A stretch of DNA of 64,000 bases, from NCBI RefSeq assembly GCF_964355755.1, contig NC_092674.1, forward strand, positions 6,138,001 through 6,202,000, in the 5' to 3' direction. The translations under genes and the position numbers were made by a program. A model generated the notes under the pieces. That model had not been told where the DNA came from. It saw only the letters and a program-made list of their open reading frames with translations, and searched no databases. Every line of letters starts with the position of its first letter. Within the stretch, counting starts at the first letter, position 1. This DNA comes from Antedon mediterranea (lineage: Eukaryota; Animalia; Echinodermata). Positions 14,701 to 26,026 of the stretch are shown here, one piece after another.

Positions 14701-16006
14701 ACAGTATAATAATAGAGTAGTAGAACACTTCCTTACAACCATATTTCAAGGGACACAACACCCCTATTAAGAGGACACTCTCTTGTCAAACGAACAGCAG
14801 GAAATACATGTTTTAACACTACGGCCAACCCCTATTCTAAAGAAACTTTGTTTGACCCCAAAAGTGTCCCTTTAAAATGCCTTCCTCATCATGGGCACAA
14901 GACATACAAATCAGATATACTTAAAAGTGTGGTACGGCAGACAATTTAAATAAATCGTTTGTGGGTGGAAACTTACTGTAGTAATACAGTTAACCTTACG
15001 TTTACATTTCTTTTGTTAATGAAACATTAAACCTCTATTTTGTGTTACTTAAAACCAATGACATCATCCGTCGTAAGCTGTAAGTTGTTAGATTTCAGAA
15101 AGGGAATTAATAATTGAACGACCAACATCTGTTTCTAGTGCTCCGCATGAATGACGTATCGGCAACATGAGAAATCTTAGCATTATTAAAAGTAATAAGA
15201 TTATATAAATCCCAAACAATTATTGCCATATTAGATTTGTTTATTAGACACATAGTAAGTGATATTGTCAAAGAAGTTGTCAGAAAGACCTGCTTGTTTC
15301 ATAAAACATATGATATAAAGTTTGTTGTACACCATGTATATTATATAGTTCTGTTGAGTTTCTCGACGTTGCGATCAATATACTTTGATCGTCTGTATAT
15401 AAATTGATCGAAACGTCCAGAAACTCAACAGTTCTTTTCAGAACTGTATTTATATGTCGTGTACCGCTTTATATCAACATATTGATTTCGCCATGCAAAC
15501 CTTGAAACACAATTTATTACAATATATCTTGTAATTTATGTGAATTAGGTATAAGGAGCTTAATACATGCATCATCCTTTGGATAGAAATGACATTATAG
15601 ATTCCTGGTGACTACTTGTATATATCGGTCATATTAATCTTCGCCCGGTAGGGCCTAGTATCGCCCGGTAGGGCCTGGTATCACCTGGTAGGGTTTTATG
15701 ATATAAAATGATGTCAGGGTACATGTTATTAAGACGCTTTAGTTGTAAATTTAACTTGACAATGAATATGGATTAAATAAATAACGTTTTATTCATGAAA
15801 TATCATTCAAATAATTTAATTAATATACAAATGTTTTACATAATTGCAGGTGTGAAGATGTGTTACCCAGTAAGACAACAAGTTTAGCGCAAGTGCACAA
15901 ATGTCTACCAACTGTGTGTCCGTTGGACGTTAGCTTCAACCTTCAATCATGTCAATGCGACGAATCAGAAACAGAATTGAACAAATATACCACAAAGTCT
16001 CCCTAA
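2755..16006 (+). CDS. PDGF/VEGF-family growth factor (VEGF-C/D-like, Cys-rich silk/BR3P-type C-terminal repeats); 5'-partial, spliced
   Basis: Exons 2755-2814, 6315-6526, 7509-7744, 13555-13668, 15850-16006 (TAA), all AG/GT-bounded with matching phases (1,0,2,2). The joined protein has all 8 cystine-knot Cys: CDPRATVV...PPCVELEKCSGCCTSDLYEC...SCEC. Cx9-11CxC(xC) repeats follow (CSETMYWDAQTCSCIC, CAKKRQVFDEELCRCDC, CQSPRVFNEFKCKC, CPLDVSFNLQSCQC). A basic RGRARVTRRS site precedes the domain. The signal-peptide exon was not found; a phase-compatible candidate upstream exon at 1745-1806 is only tentative. Confidence 0.9.
4499..4765. mobile_element. Harbinger/Tourist-like MITE family A, with a nested retro-like insertion (about 4545-4680)
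   Basis: TIR AGCTCTGTCTACACTATCAA / TTGATAGTGTAGACAGAGCT, TAA TSD. The foreign insert ends in aataaataaatgaaat. Confidence 0.8.
5755..6140. repeat. 18-bp minisatellite (gacaaaaacttggttggt)n
   Basis: About 20 tandem copies in a VEGF intron; explains ORFs 5630..6010 and 5718..6023. Confidence 0.95.
6314..6340 (+). repeat. (GAT)9 coding microsatellite (poly-Asp)
   Basis: 27 nt of pure GAT repeat at the start of the VEGF-domain exon. Confidence 0.95.
7295..7462. mobile_element. MITE family A
   Basis: Both TIRs, TAA TSD, internal 20-bp unit (atatggtagtgatatgccta) repeated about 5 times. Confidence 0.85.
9353..9501. mobile_element. MITE family A
   Basis: Both TIRs, TGA direct repeats at the flanks. 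Confidence 0.85.
10245..10409. mobile_element. MITE family A
   Basis: Both TIRs (diverged) and the family core sequence. Confidence 0.8.
11551..11701. mobile_element. MITE family A
   Basis: TIR variant AGCCTTGTCTACAC on both ends, TTA TSD. Confidence 0.85.
12937..13430. mobile_element. Tc1/mariner(pogo)-like MITE with amplified 17-bp subterminal repeat
   Basis: TA|CAGTGGAACCT ... AGGTTCTACTG|TA. The unit gtgttacctgaataggg is repeated about 13 times (13185-13410). Related ggacacc/ggtgtccc fragments are scattered through the window. Confidence 0.75.
15351..15431. repeat. 29-bp inverted repeat (hairpin), Penelope-like remnant
   Basis: ctgttgagtttctcgacgttgcgatcaat ... attgatcgaaacgtccagaaactcaacag (2 mismatches). 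Confidence 0.75.
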
Positions 16007-16346
16007 GCCTTAAATTATTGCTAATATATAAAACAATTGCTGTTTTCCATTTGAAATAATGTACCCAAAATAGTGGTAAAATGTACAGAAACTATCATGG
16101 TATATACAGTCGGAAGTGTCCGAACTAAGAGACGCAAGTTTGCTTAAGTCAGGGGTCAGCAAGATTTTTAGAAGCGTCGAAAAAAAAGAGAGTGAATGGG
16201 CCGCTTCATCACAAATTTCATGACAAGACAGCACACCCAGACAGCATACTTTTTGCCCTGTTTAATTATCTTATATAATTAATGAGTAAGAAAAATGAAT
16301 GGATTGTATACCATAGCAGACATGTCTAGAAGCTCTATGAGATATT

Positions 16347-16853
16347 AGAGAGGTTTCGCAATCTTACGAATACGATAACGAAAACGGATACGTCACGCAC
16401 ATGTATTCGTTTTCGTAAGCCATAAAAAATTCTGTTTCGCATGGCAACGAAATATTGAGGCGCGTCCAAAATATGACTGCGGTAAATTTGAGCGAAGCGC
16501 AGGTACGTGTTGCTTGGTGCTTGGCTGCCTAGGCCTAGCGTAACATCAAAGCGAGTGAGGACTTTAAAAACTGCTATTTATCAAAATTGACTTGGCATTT
16601 TAGTAAATTACTTTAGTAAATTACTTTCAATAAATCTATAATTATATTATAATCATGAATCATTCCTGATTCAAATGCAAAATGTGCAAATAGATCAAAA
16701 ACTATACTCGTTTTGTAGTTACGAATATGACTGGTGATATTCGTCAACACGAATACGCTTTACGAATATGAAATGGGGATCAGCTCAAAAGTTTCACAAA
16801 TGTATGACGTATCCGTTTTCGTTATCGTATTCGTAAGGTTGCGAAACCTCCCT
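16347..16853. mobile_element. Non-autonomous TIR element B (about 48-bp TIR, 3-bp ATT TSD; PIF/Harbinger-ISL2EU-related)
   Basis: AGAGAGGTTTCGCAATCTTACGAATACGATAACGAAAACGGATACGTCA ... TGACGTATCCGTTTTCGTTATCGTATTCGTAAGGTTGCGAAACCTCCCT, with ATT on both flanks. Near-identical copy at 21275-21766. Confidence 0.9.
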
Positions 16854-17196
16854 ATTAATGACAGACAAATAAACACAAACAGGAAGAAGATATGACATCA
16901 ACAATATAGCTTCAGGGAAGGGCTGAACAGTTTCAAGTGCCAATGTTACAAGAATAAACATAGAAATACTGTAGCAACTGTCAACTACCGCATTTTATTT
17001 GGAGAATTGTTGTGTGTTCAACTATTTCAGAAACAAAATTTAGTTACTGCAGTTACTGCAGTTGAGTAATTTTGACATAATCCCATATGAATGAATATAA
17101 GTTGATATATTTAATAAATTTATCTACTTTTATACTTTGCTGCTCCATATATTTGCAATTCTCTCAGTTATATTTTAGTTTTCTGAATCCGTCTAA

Positions 17197-17505
17197 AGCC
17201 TTGTTCGCACTGGACTTGAAAAATGGTAAATTTAATCATGGTAGCTTTACCCAATGTCATCGGAAGATTTGACCATCGTTCGCACTTGGATATTTTCAGT
17301 TAGTTTTACTGTAATTTTACCAAAATTAAACCCTGATGTTAAAAACAAATTGGCATGTTTTGGATGGACTTTTTAGCTCCGTGGTTAGTTTTACTGGCAG
17401 TGGTCAGTAAAAGTAATTATTGGAATTGTAGCCAGTGTTTAGATGGATATTTCTTGGTCACTTTGGCCGGCGACTCGGTTAATTTGACCAAATTAAGTCC
17501 AGTGC
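17197..17505. mobile_element. Harbinger-like non-autonomous element (right end truncated)
   Basis: TAA|AGCCTTGTTCGCACTGGACTT ... AAGTCCAGTGC inverted match. Confidence 0.55.
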
Positions 17506-17768
17506 TTAATCCATTTCTATTAAATTAATGTAAACACATTAAACCCTGTCCAGCTATCCTACACTAACAGTTTATGTTGTATAGTAATTCCAAATGGCAT
17601 TAAATTATGGTGTATAAGTTATCTGATTATATGTACAGTATTTTACTATCTGTACAAATGGTTTTCATTTAAGAATAGCAAACCATACTGATTTTGTACA
17701 TTTTTTATTATTATATATTACATTTTATGCTAGTTTTAAGTTTATATTCCAAACATTCTGCAGCTTAA

Positions 17769-17916
17769 AGCTCTGTCTACACTATCAAACTTTATGTAAT
17801 GTGCCAATATATGGACATGATGATGTCATATCACTACTATATTTGGGCATATCACTACCATATTTGGGCACATCGCACTTCTTTTGTCAAAGTAGTTTGA
17901 TATTGTAGACAGAACT
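17769..17916. mobile_element. MITE family A
   Basis: Both TIRs and core. Confidence 0.8.
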
Positions 17917-18318
17917 GTTGACATTTTCACAAATTGTTTGGTTGTGTACTTCTCCGCATCTAATGCCGGGGGGGGGGGGGGGGGGTGCAGTGTCCATGAG
18001 TCAAACTCTCTCAACATTTAGTGACGATAAGAAAAATGTGTAGACAAGAGAGATAAGCATAAAACAAGATACTTTTTAAAATTTTATAATGATTTTAATG
18101 TGACTTAAAATTATGTGATGTGTAATGTTCTATGAAATCATTTATTTAATTGATCTATTAAATTTTAAAAAAGATCTTGTTTTTTGACATAGGGAAATGT
18201 ATATCCTAGGTCTAAATGAAACCTACTAGAAATGTTACCATCAACAGAAGTACTATTCTGATTGTCGTTCCATTAACTATTCCAAATAATAAATAGCATT
18301 TAGTATTTATTATTAATA

Positions 18319-18733
18319 CAGTCAACTCTCCCAAAACCAGAATTTTATTTTTTCACCAATAAGTCCCAAATATATTTTTACTATTAAAGACACATTCCGA
18401 ATACCAGACCTTCTAGGTACCGTATTCACTAATCACATATTTTCCTTAACTATTAAGTATTTCACTTTAACTCAATAAATATTTAAGTATTTTCCTTAAA
18501 TTGTATTCACTTAGATAGGAGATATTTTTAATATTAATGGTGTTTCCCTTAGCCTAAGTGTGATTGGTGAATACAGCCACTGACATATTTGGCCAGCCCA
18601 AAGGTGTCTGGTATTGGGAGAGTTAATGGTATAGACATTTCTGGCCAGCCCAAAGGTGCCTGGTATTGGGAAAGTTAACTGTATAGACATTTCTGGGCAG
18701 CCCAAAGGTGCCTGGTATTGGGAGAGTTAACTG
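18319..18733. mobile_element. Tc1/mariner-like MITE with 52-bp triplicated right end
   Basis: TA|CAGTCAACTCTCCCAA ... TTGGGAGAGTTAACTG|TA. The right end repeats at 18582, 18634 and 18686. Confidence 0.8.
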
Positions 18734-19197
18734 TATTGGTTTTTTTTTTTTAACAATTTAAATCCTGCCTTGACTGATTTGTGACATACTTTTTTACTAA
18801 AGAGTGATAAAGTTATTTATTTCTTGATTTTAATGAAGTTGTAAATGTTATATTCCTAAAGAGCCTCAATATTTAAGATAAATAAACCAGGTTATTTGTA
18901 TTTATTTAATGATGGTATAGTCATGTGTGTACCATTATGTTTGTTCTGAAATTAAAGGCAACATCAGGGTTAGAACCACATTACTAATTTATATTTTGTT
19001 GGCTGTATATCATTTAGAATTTATGTTCTGTGCCTGATATGTTTATATATATAAAAGTATCTCTTGGGAGATCCCGCTTAAAGAATAAAAGTACTGAAAA
19101 AGATGAGGGCAAATCAATTAGAGTTCTGGTGCACGTGCGTAAAATTAAGGGACTAGTGCTGTTTCGTTAAAGAGTCGCTATCCAATCGACCATGAAA

Positions 19198-19271
19198 GCA
19201 CCAGTGGTCTAATGGTTTAGGACATCTGTATATCAAGCAGAAGGTTCCGAGTTCGAATCTCGGTCAGGGCA
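19198..19271 (+). pseudogene. tRNA-like sequence (SINE head or pseudo-tRNA)
   Basis: A box TGGTCTAATGG and perfect T-arm CCGAG-TTCGAAT-CTCGG, plus an anticodon-like stem TCTGT/GCAGA. The acceptor stem does not pair. A similar head lies at about 1018-1080. Confidence 0.55.
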
Positions 19272-19505
19272 ACTTTTTCTCATTCTCACAGATTTTCTCA
19301 TCTTTATCGTTTCAGATTAATAATTATGTAGGTTCAATTAAATGGTGGTTAGTGCTTCTGATAGAATAACTTATCATAAAGCATGATTCCACTTGCATCT
19401 GGTGTCCAGAAAAATGTGAAGAGTACATGTAACTGCATCCATGCTGTGCAGTACATGTACTATAAAAAAACAAATAACTCATACAGCACAATTGAGTTTT
19501 TCTTA

Positions 19506-19619
19506 AGCTCTGTCTGCACTATCAAACTAGTTTGTGATGTGCCCAAATATGGTAGTGATATGATCTTCGTGTCCATATGTGGACACATCACATAAAGTTT
19601 GATAGTGTAGACCCGAGTT
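19506..19619. mobile_element. MITE family A
   Basis: Both TIRs, shortened core. Confidence 0.8.
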
Positions 19620-20888
19620 TCAGACACTGTAAGTGGGGTTGCTTGTTTGTCCAATCATAAATGCATAAAATGTAATCAATGTCTTTTCAATTTCAACAAT
19701 ATTTAATGAGGGTGGTCCATAATTTTAGGGACCCTCAGAACAATACAATTGAAAAAAACTATATGAATATAACAGTTGACAACAGTAAAAATTAAAACAA
19801 ATAATTAGAATGTCAATAAATAAATAAATACAGTTAATACTTTTGTGTACATGAGGTATTATTCATACAAGATACAAGAAAAATTCATATAATTATAGAG
19901 GGCCCTATGCTTAATTTATGTACATTTTTTTTCTTTTAAATTATAGCTTTTCATAGCACACAGTTCAAAAGACTAAAGCAAATCGGATCATCTTTACAAG
20001 ATGTAAGTATATGTGGGGTTTTAATTCTATACTACAGTACAACCAAAGCATTTTGGAATAATGGTATAAGAGGGTCTGTAGGATAGTTGTATAATGCAGT
20101 AAAGCCTCTCTATTTTAAATAATACAGCCAAAACCTGTTTAATCGAGGGACACCCCAATTAATAAGGGTAACAATTCGCTCAAACCAAGACAAATAAACA
20201 GAAAAAAACTCGCATTTAACTACAGTATAATTATTTATTATTTTTGCTAAAATATAACACTATACAAATACAAAACTATGCAAAAATACACGAGTAAGGT
20301 TATTCTGTTTATGTCACTAAATAAATAAGTACGTTTTGCTAAATAAAAACTTGTTAACTATCAAAATAAGGATTTCTCGTTTACTAATTTAAAAATACAA
20401 ATTTACTATAAATTACATTATTAATGTTTAAAACTAAAAATTTAACATATATAAAAAGGTTACAAAAATATAACCACCCTTTTAAAATACAGTTAATTTA
20501 TTTTTTCACACACAATTCACAATTGTAAAACTTTTAAACCTTAAAAAAAAATGATTTTAAAATGTTATAGACGTCACACACAATTCACAAGTACTGTTTT
20601 AAATTACCATATTAAAAATTAAAATTAGCAACAATTATTTATTACATGTAATATATTGTGATATATTTCTTAATTTGAAAATATTTTAAATAATCAGTTT
20701 CTGTTTTAATAGCATGTTAAACACTTTTACAAAATCTAACATTTTGGCAAAGTACTTAACCATTTCACATTAACTTTTGAATACATTTAGATAAGGCAAG
20801 AACAAATGATTTGAAATTCGATATTTTTGTATAAAAATCATTTTATATTTAACCTTTGATTTAAATTGTTTTTGTTAAACAGATTCAA

Positions 20889-23800
20889 CTATAAGGACTG
20901 GCAGATTGTACGCACATTCCACGGGAACAAGAATGCGGAACGGTCTTCCGTAGGTGACGTGGAGTCGTCGATGAAGACGTCATCTGTGACCGGACTGGTA
21001 CATTCAGAATTGTCATCAGAAGAACTATGAAAAACAATAAAATGTCATATCACTACCAAATTTGGGCATATCACTACCACATTTGGACACATCACATCAC
21101 TCACACAGTATAGAAAAAAATGTTATGGTAGAAAACATCCCTTCTTTGGGAAATCTCTATACACTTTCCTGTGAAATAAATTAAGGGGGAAATATGTTTT
21201 AAACATTTTAGTTCCTGTGGGTTCTAATACATTCTATTACATGAACACTTCCCTGTAAAAATGAACAAGCCAATAGAGAGGTTTCGCAATCTTACGAATA
21301 CGATAACGAAAACGGTCACGCACACATATTCGTTTTTCGTAAGCCAGTAAAAATCTGTTTCGCATGGCAACGAAATATTGAGGGCGCCGTACAAAACGTG
21401 ACTGCGGTAAATTTGAGCGAAGCGCAGGTACGTGTTGCTTGGTGCTTGGCTGCCTAGGCCTAGCGTAACATCAAAGCAAGTGAGGACTTTAAAAACTGCT
21501 ATTTATCAAATTTACCTGGCATTTTAGTAAATTACTTCAGTAAATTTCTTTCAATAAATCTATAATTATATTATAATCATGAATCATTCCTGATTCAAAT
21601 GAAAAATGTGAAAAATAGATCAAAAACTATACTCGTTTTGTAATTACGAATATGACTGGTGATATTCGGCAACACGAATACGCTTTACGAATATGAAATG
21701 GGGATCAGCTCAAAAGTTTCACAAATGTGTGACGTATCCGTTTTCGTAAGGCTGCGAAACCTCCCTAATATATATTTTTTACACTATGGCCAATTCAGGG
21801 GACACCCCTATTGAGCTCTGTCTAAACTATCAAACTGTGATGCTGATGATGTCAAATCCATACCATACTTGGGATGTCACTACCATATTTGGGCAATTCA
21901 CACTTTTTTTGTCAAACTAGTTTGATAGTGTAGACTGATAGTGTAGAGTCTATAAGAAAACTCAATTGTGCCGGGTCTCAAACATTGCTGGGTTTCAAAG
22001 GTGTCCCCTTAATAGGGGCTCTATTGTATGTATGAAATCTAACCTTTCTGCAGTGATTGACTCTCCATCAGACGTCCTTAAAAGTGGCGGTTCATTTTCA
22101 GGTATTGGCGGAAGATGACACGCTGTCATACAACTCATGCGTATCTGCTTTGCTGTTCGCATCGACACCGTCCATGACAGTTTACTGTGAGGGCGCTTGC
22201 ATTCAGGTGATGCGTAGATGTCAAGAAAATCCCTCATTAAGGACTTACATTGTAGTAATTCACTATCGGACATCTGGTAAGGATGAAAAAAAAAAACACA
22301 ATTGTTTTAAAGAAACAAAAATTACGAAGAGGTAGAAATATAAACTAGGGTACATCAGCATGATGTTAGGGGGCAGGGTGGATAATTTGCTTTCCATGAC
22401 TAAAGCTCGGTTCCCACTAGTAGACGCAGCGCAAGCGACATTTTGAATAATCTATTACTTGCATTGCATCCTAGTGAGAATCAAGATTTAACAAGTTCTA
22501 TAAATTACCTGCTTGTTGTTTTGGTACAGTAAACGGTAAATTATACGATAGATTAATCTGCGCATAGGCCTACTTGTATAGTATACACCATTCCATTTCA
22601 TATTAAGCTCTGTCTACACTATCATACTTTATGTGATAACAAAATGTGGACATGATGATGTCATATCACTACCATATTTGGGAATATCCCCATCATATTT
22701 GGGCTCATCACACCAAACTACTGTAGTTTGATAGTGTAGACAGAGCCTTAGAGCCAGTTCACTTACACGTGTATGGAGTTGTAGAGCTAGTAGACACCTT
22801 GTCCATTCACGTTCAGCCGGGTTACAATGAACGCGAGCAAAATCTGCCAACTCGTATGTTAATAATGCTAAAGCTTTTACAGAAGACTGCAAGATAAAAA
22901 ACAAATTCTAGTGTAATTGATCGCACATTCTTCATAAAAAGGAGATCTTAAAATTCAAAATATATATTCAAACATCAAGCTGGCAAAAAGAAGATGGCCA
23001 AACCATAGAGGGTGCTATACTTTTTTTTTTAATTCATCCAAAAACAGATGTTTTTGTAAAACCAAAACAAATTTCACACAACTCCCACCATTAACAGGAG
23101 ACTTAGGAGGTCTGGTAATAAGCCGCCCGTCATACGTATATTAGACATTGGATTACTGATCGTGAGATCGTGGTTCGAATCAAATTTTCTCCGCATTGCT
23201 TGTATCTTTAGGCAAGATACTTCAATTTGCCTCTCTCCACCTAGGTGTACAAATGTGTACCTGGTAAGGTCAAGACACATTGCGATGATTACTAGCTGCA
23301 TTATGGGAGTATGTTTTCAAATTATCTTTTGTTAATCATTTCGGAAATTCATTGCTTGTTTTACAAAAATATGTAACAATACATAATAAATAAAATTAGT
23401 AAAAATTTAACCAAAAAAAATGAACAGGGTAATAATGTGCTATGTAAGTTACCTTTGAGAATGATTATTCATGAAAAAGGGTGCTATAGAAATTATTATT
23501 AATTATTCCGAGAATCAGGCCTGGTCTTTTTAAAAATGTAGGTGTGCTACAAATTGCACTCCTCAATACATTCAGGGGTGCTGTAGGTGTGCCGTTTGTA
23601 TTTTGGTGTGTAGAAGTTTACCAAATTTAAGTGTGTTGTAAATCACACTCCTCAAGGGCAGCTTAGGAGTGTGATCGCACTCGCTCACCTCAAAAGAAAA
23701 AAGCCTGATAAATGTTACATTACCTTATAATGAACAAATGCAAAATGGCACATGGATGCTTCTAATTTTCTCGTAATCCTGTCCAAAAACTCCTGCCACG

Positions 23801-26026
23801 TGTTTTTCTGTATATTCATTGCGTTGTTTGATTTACAAAATGAATGATAGATCTGCAGAAAGGTGTTTGAGTTGGTACCCTGAATGTCGAACTGAAGCTT
23901 TTCTAAAATAATACGTTCCATACGCGAGAGGTCGCTTAGAGATGCCCTGCATTGGCCGATGCGTAGTAAATGTTTTGCACACATATGATTCTAGAAATAA
24001 AAATTAGGTAAAGCTCTGTCTACGCTATTGAACTTGTTTGACAAAAAAAAGTGTGATGTGCCCAAATATGGTATTGTATGCCTAAATATGGTAGTGATAT
24101 GCCCAAACATGGTAGTGATATGCCCAAACATGGTAGTGATATGACATCATGTCCATATATGGACACATCACATTTTTTGTCACATAAAGTTTGATAGTGT
24201 AGACAGAGCTTAAGAGAAGTTTAATAGATTTATTTAGTTTACAATTTGCCAAAACTGTACACTTCAATATCATTCTAGTACCCTATATAGAATGATCTGT
24301 TATAATTAAATATAGTACAGCCTTTTTTCAGTGTGAACATACCTTTGGTTCTTCTATTGTCTTGACTGCCATGTAAAAACAACATGTACTCACACACATG
24401 ATATGATGAGCTCGGGCCTAAACAAATGAACAAAAATATTCAAAAACAACATTTACAAACACATAAGATATGATGTGATGAGCTTGCGCAAAAAAAAAAT
24501 GTCTAGGGGTAAGATTTTCATCAACTTTCATTAAACATTACATTTTTTCTATAGCGCCCTCTATTATTTTTAATTTGTTTAAATTCGGTTTACACTTGAT
24601 GCTTTGCTGATGCAATTGTCAGAAAAGTTATGCAGTAAACAAAATTAAGGGCTATAGAGCCTTGTTATAACCTCCAATACTTTGTAAAATGAAGGAAATA
24701 TTTTTTTCTCTAGGTTTGATTGAAGGAAGTAAATGTATAATATAATTTATGCATACATGAATGGTTTTATAAAGTATGCAGGAAATGAGACGGAAATTGT
24801 TTATTTGCGAACAAATAACATTTTCTACTACAAACATTTATAGAAATACTTTTAAAAAAAGCTGCATTATGCAAAATGAAATGTAACTATTTTTGTTATA
24901 AGTAGAACCACCTTGGGACATCTCTATGAGGTGAGACGGAAGATTAATGTGCTTTGCCACCAGCGTATTAAAGGGACACTTGTTGGGTCCCGAAGGTGAA
25001 GGTACTCAGTAGCATAGCACAAAGGCCCCTGGTTTAGGAATGCTGGAGCCCTCTGGCGTTTTTAGGCCTTTTCGCATATTTGAATGCCTCTGGGCACTGC
25101 TCAGGGGCCCCCATAAGCCCCGGGGCCTCTGGGTTTAGCCAGTGAGCGCTCATAGCAATTACGCCACTGAAGGTGCCCCATAACAAGAGTTCTATTCTAC
25201 CGAAAAGGGAATTATTTTAATAATTTTTAAATTCTTTCAGTGCTATGGATGCTTACTTTAACAATTGATAAAAATCTTCCCATAATGTTCACCGCCTGGA
25301 AGAATGTTTCAGGAGAGAGTTTGTAGAAACGGTTTAAGCAACGAAGTCTGTCAACCACTTTGATGTACAAGTCTATTGTCAAGTCACCAGATTTCTAGAA
25401 AAGTAGATACAGTAATAATAATATAAATGTTAATATATTTTTTCTGCACCTTCAGACAGTTATATTCAATTACCACGCGGTAGCTTATTATATAGCTCTT
25501 CGGCTGAAAAAATTAGGTTATTTGGAAACGCGGACTGGACATGCACACACACACCCAAAAGCACATCTGGGAAAAGACAATCTACATAAACATATGTTGA
25601 AAAATATTAAGATGCATGTAGACAGTAGATCGTCAGATGAGCGGCATTTTTTTGCTGTGTTAAGGGCCTTTCACACCTGTTCCGGCGAATCGAACGCCAA
25701 TGTTTCGTTTTCACAACGCTCCACGCGGCCAAGCACCAATCGATATGCGCGTAGCCGCGTAAAAACGAAACATTGACGTTCGATTGGATTTGCCGTCGCC
25801 GGACCGGAACCATGCCGGAGCAGGTGTGAAAGGCCCTTTAGGATGGAAAATAGAAGATTAATAAAAGTAGCCCCACATCATGCGACCCCACATTTAAATA
25901 AAATGAATGAAGTTAAAATACCTTGTTTGAAAATTGTAAATAACCTATGTGTGGGCTATATTTTTCTTCAGATTTTAGAGCTGAATGAAGGTCATTTAAT
26001 AGTTGATCTATGTAGGTGGCTGCCAT
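20889..26026 (-). CDS. CCNG: Cyclin G (G1/G2-like), 7 coding exons, about 356 aa
   Basis: Minus-strand exons 26026-25922 (ATG, MAATYIDQLL), 25394-25257 (YKLSPETFFQAVNIMGRFLSIVK), 24417-24343 (CCFYMAVKTIEE), 23990-23724 (IGQCRASLSDLSRMERIILEKL...TFLQIYH...RKLEASMCHF), 22886-22767 (SSVKALALL), 22273-22044 (KLSWTVSMRTAKQ, the cyclin-G-specific LxWxVSxRTA motif), 21024-20889 (TAG). Canonical splice sites and consistent phases. Confidence 0.92.
21275..21766. mobile_element. Non-autonomous TIR element B, second copy (AAT TSD)
   Basis: Same internal sequence as 16347-16853 in the same orientation; small deletions in both TIRs; AAT on both flanks. Confidence 0.9.
21814..21935. mobile_element. MITE family A (degenerate)
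   Basis: Left TIR, core and truncated/duplicated right TIR. Confidence 0.7.
22606..22747. mobile_element. MITE family A
   Basis: Both TIRs, TTA TSD; about 20 bp from a cyclin G donor site. Confidence 0.85.
23516..23707. mobile_element. hAT-like MITE D
   Basis: CAGGCCTGGTCTTTT ... AAAAGAAAAAAGCCTG; near-identical interior to 57580-57770. Confidence 0.7.
24012..24210. mobile_element. MITE family A
   Basis: Both TIRs, TAA TSD; about 20 bp from a cyclin G acceptor. Confidence 0.85.
25007..25169. mobile_element. hAT-like MITE E (CAGTGGCG-type ends), degenerate
   Basis: cagtagcatagc ... attacgccactg with GC-rich gggcccc interior. Related copy at about 44540-44692. Confidence 0.55.
25663..25837. 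mobile_element. Harbinger-like MITE C
   Basis: TTA|AGGGCCTTTCACACCTG ... CAGGTGTGAAAGGCCCT|TTA, with an internal palindrome (aatgtttcgtttt / aaaacgaaacatt). Confidence 0.85.

Noticed and set aside
17968-17985. G18 homopolymer as a functional G-quadruplex
   Set aside because: A single homopolymer run with no further support; its length is also prone to sequencing error.
19198-19271. Functional tRNA gene
   Set aside because: The acceptor stem does not pair and the anticodon loop is non-canonical; better explained as a SINE head or pseudogene.
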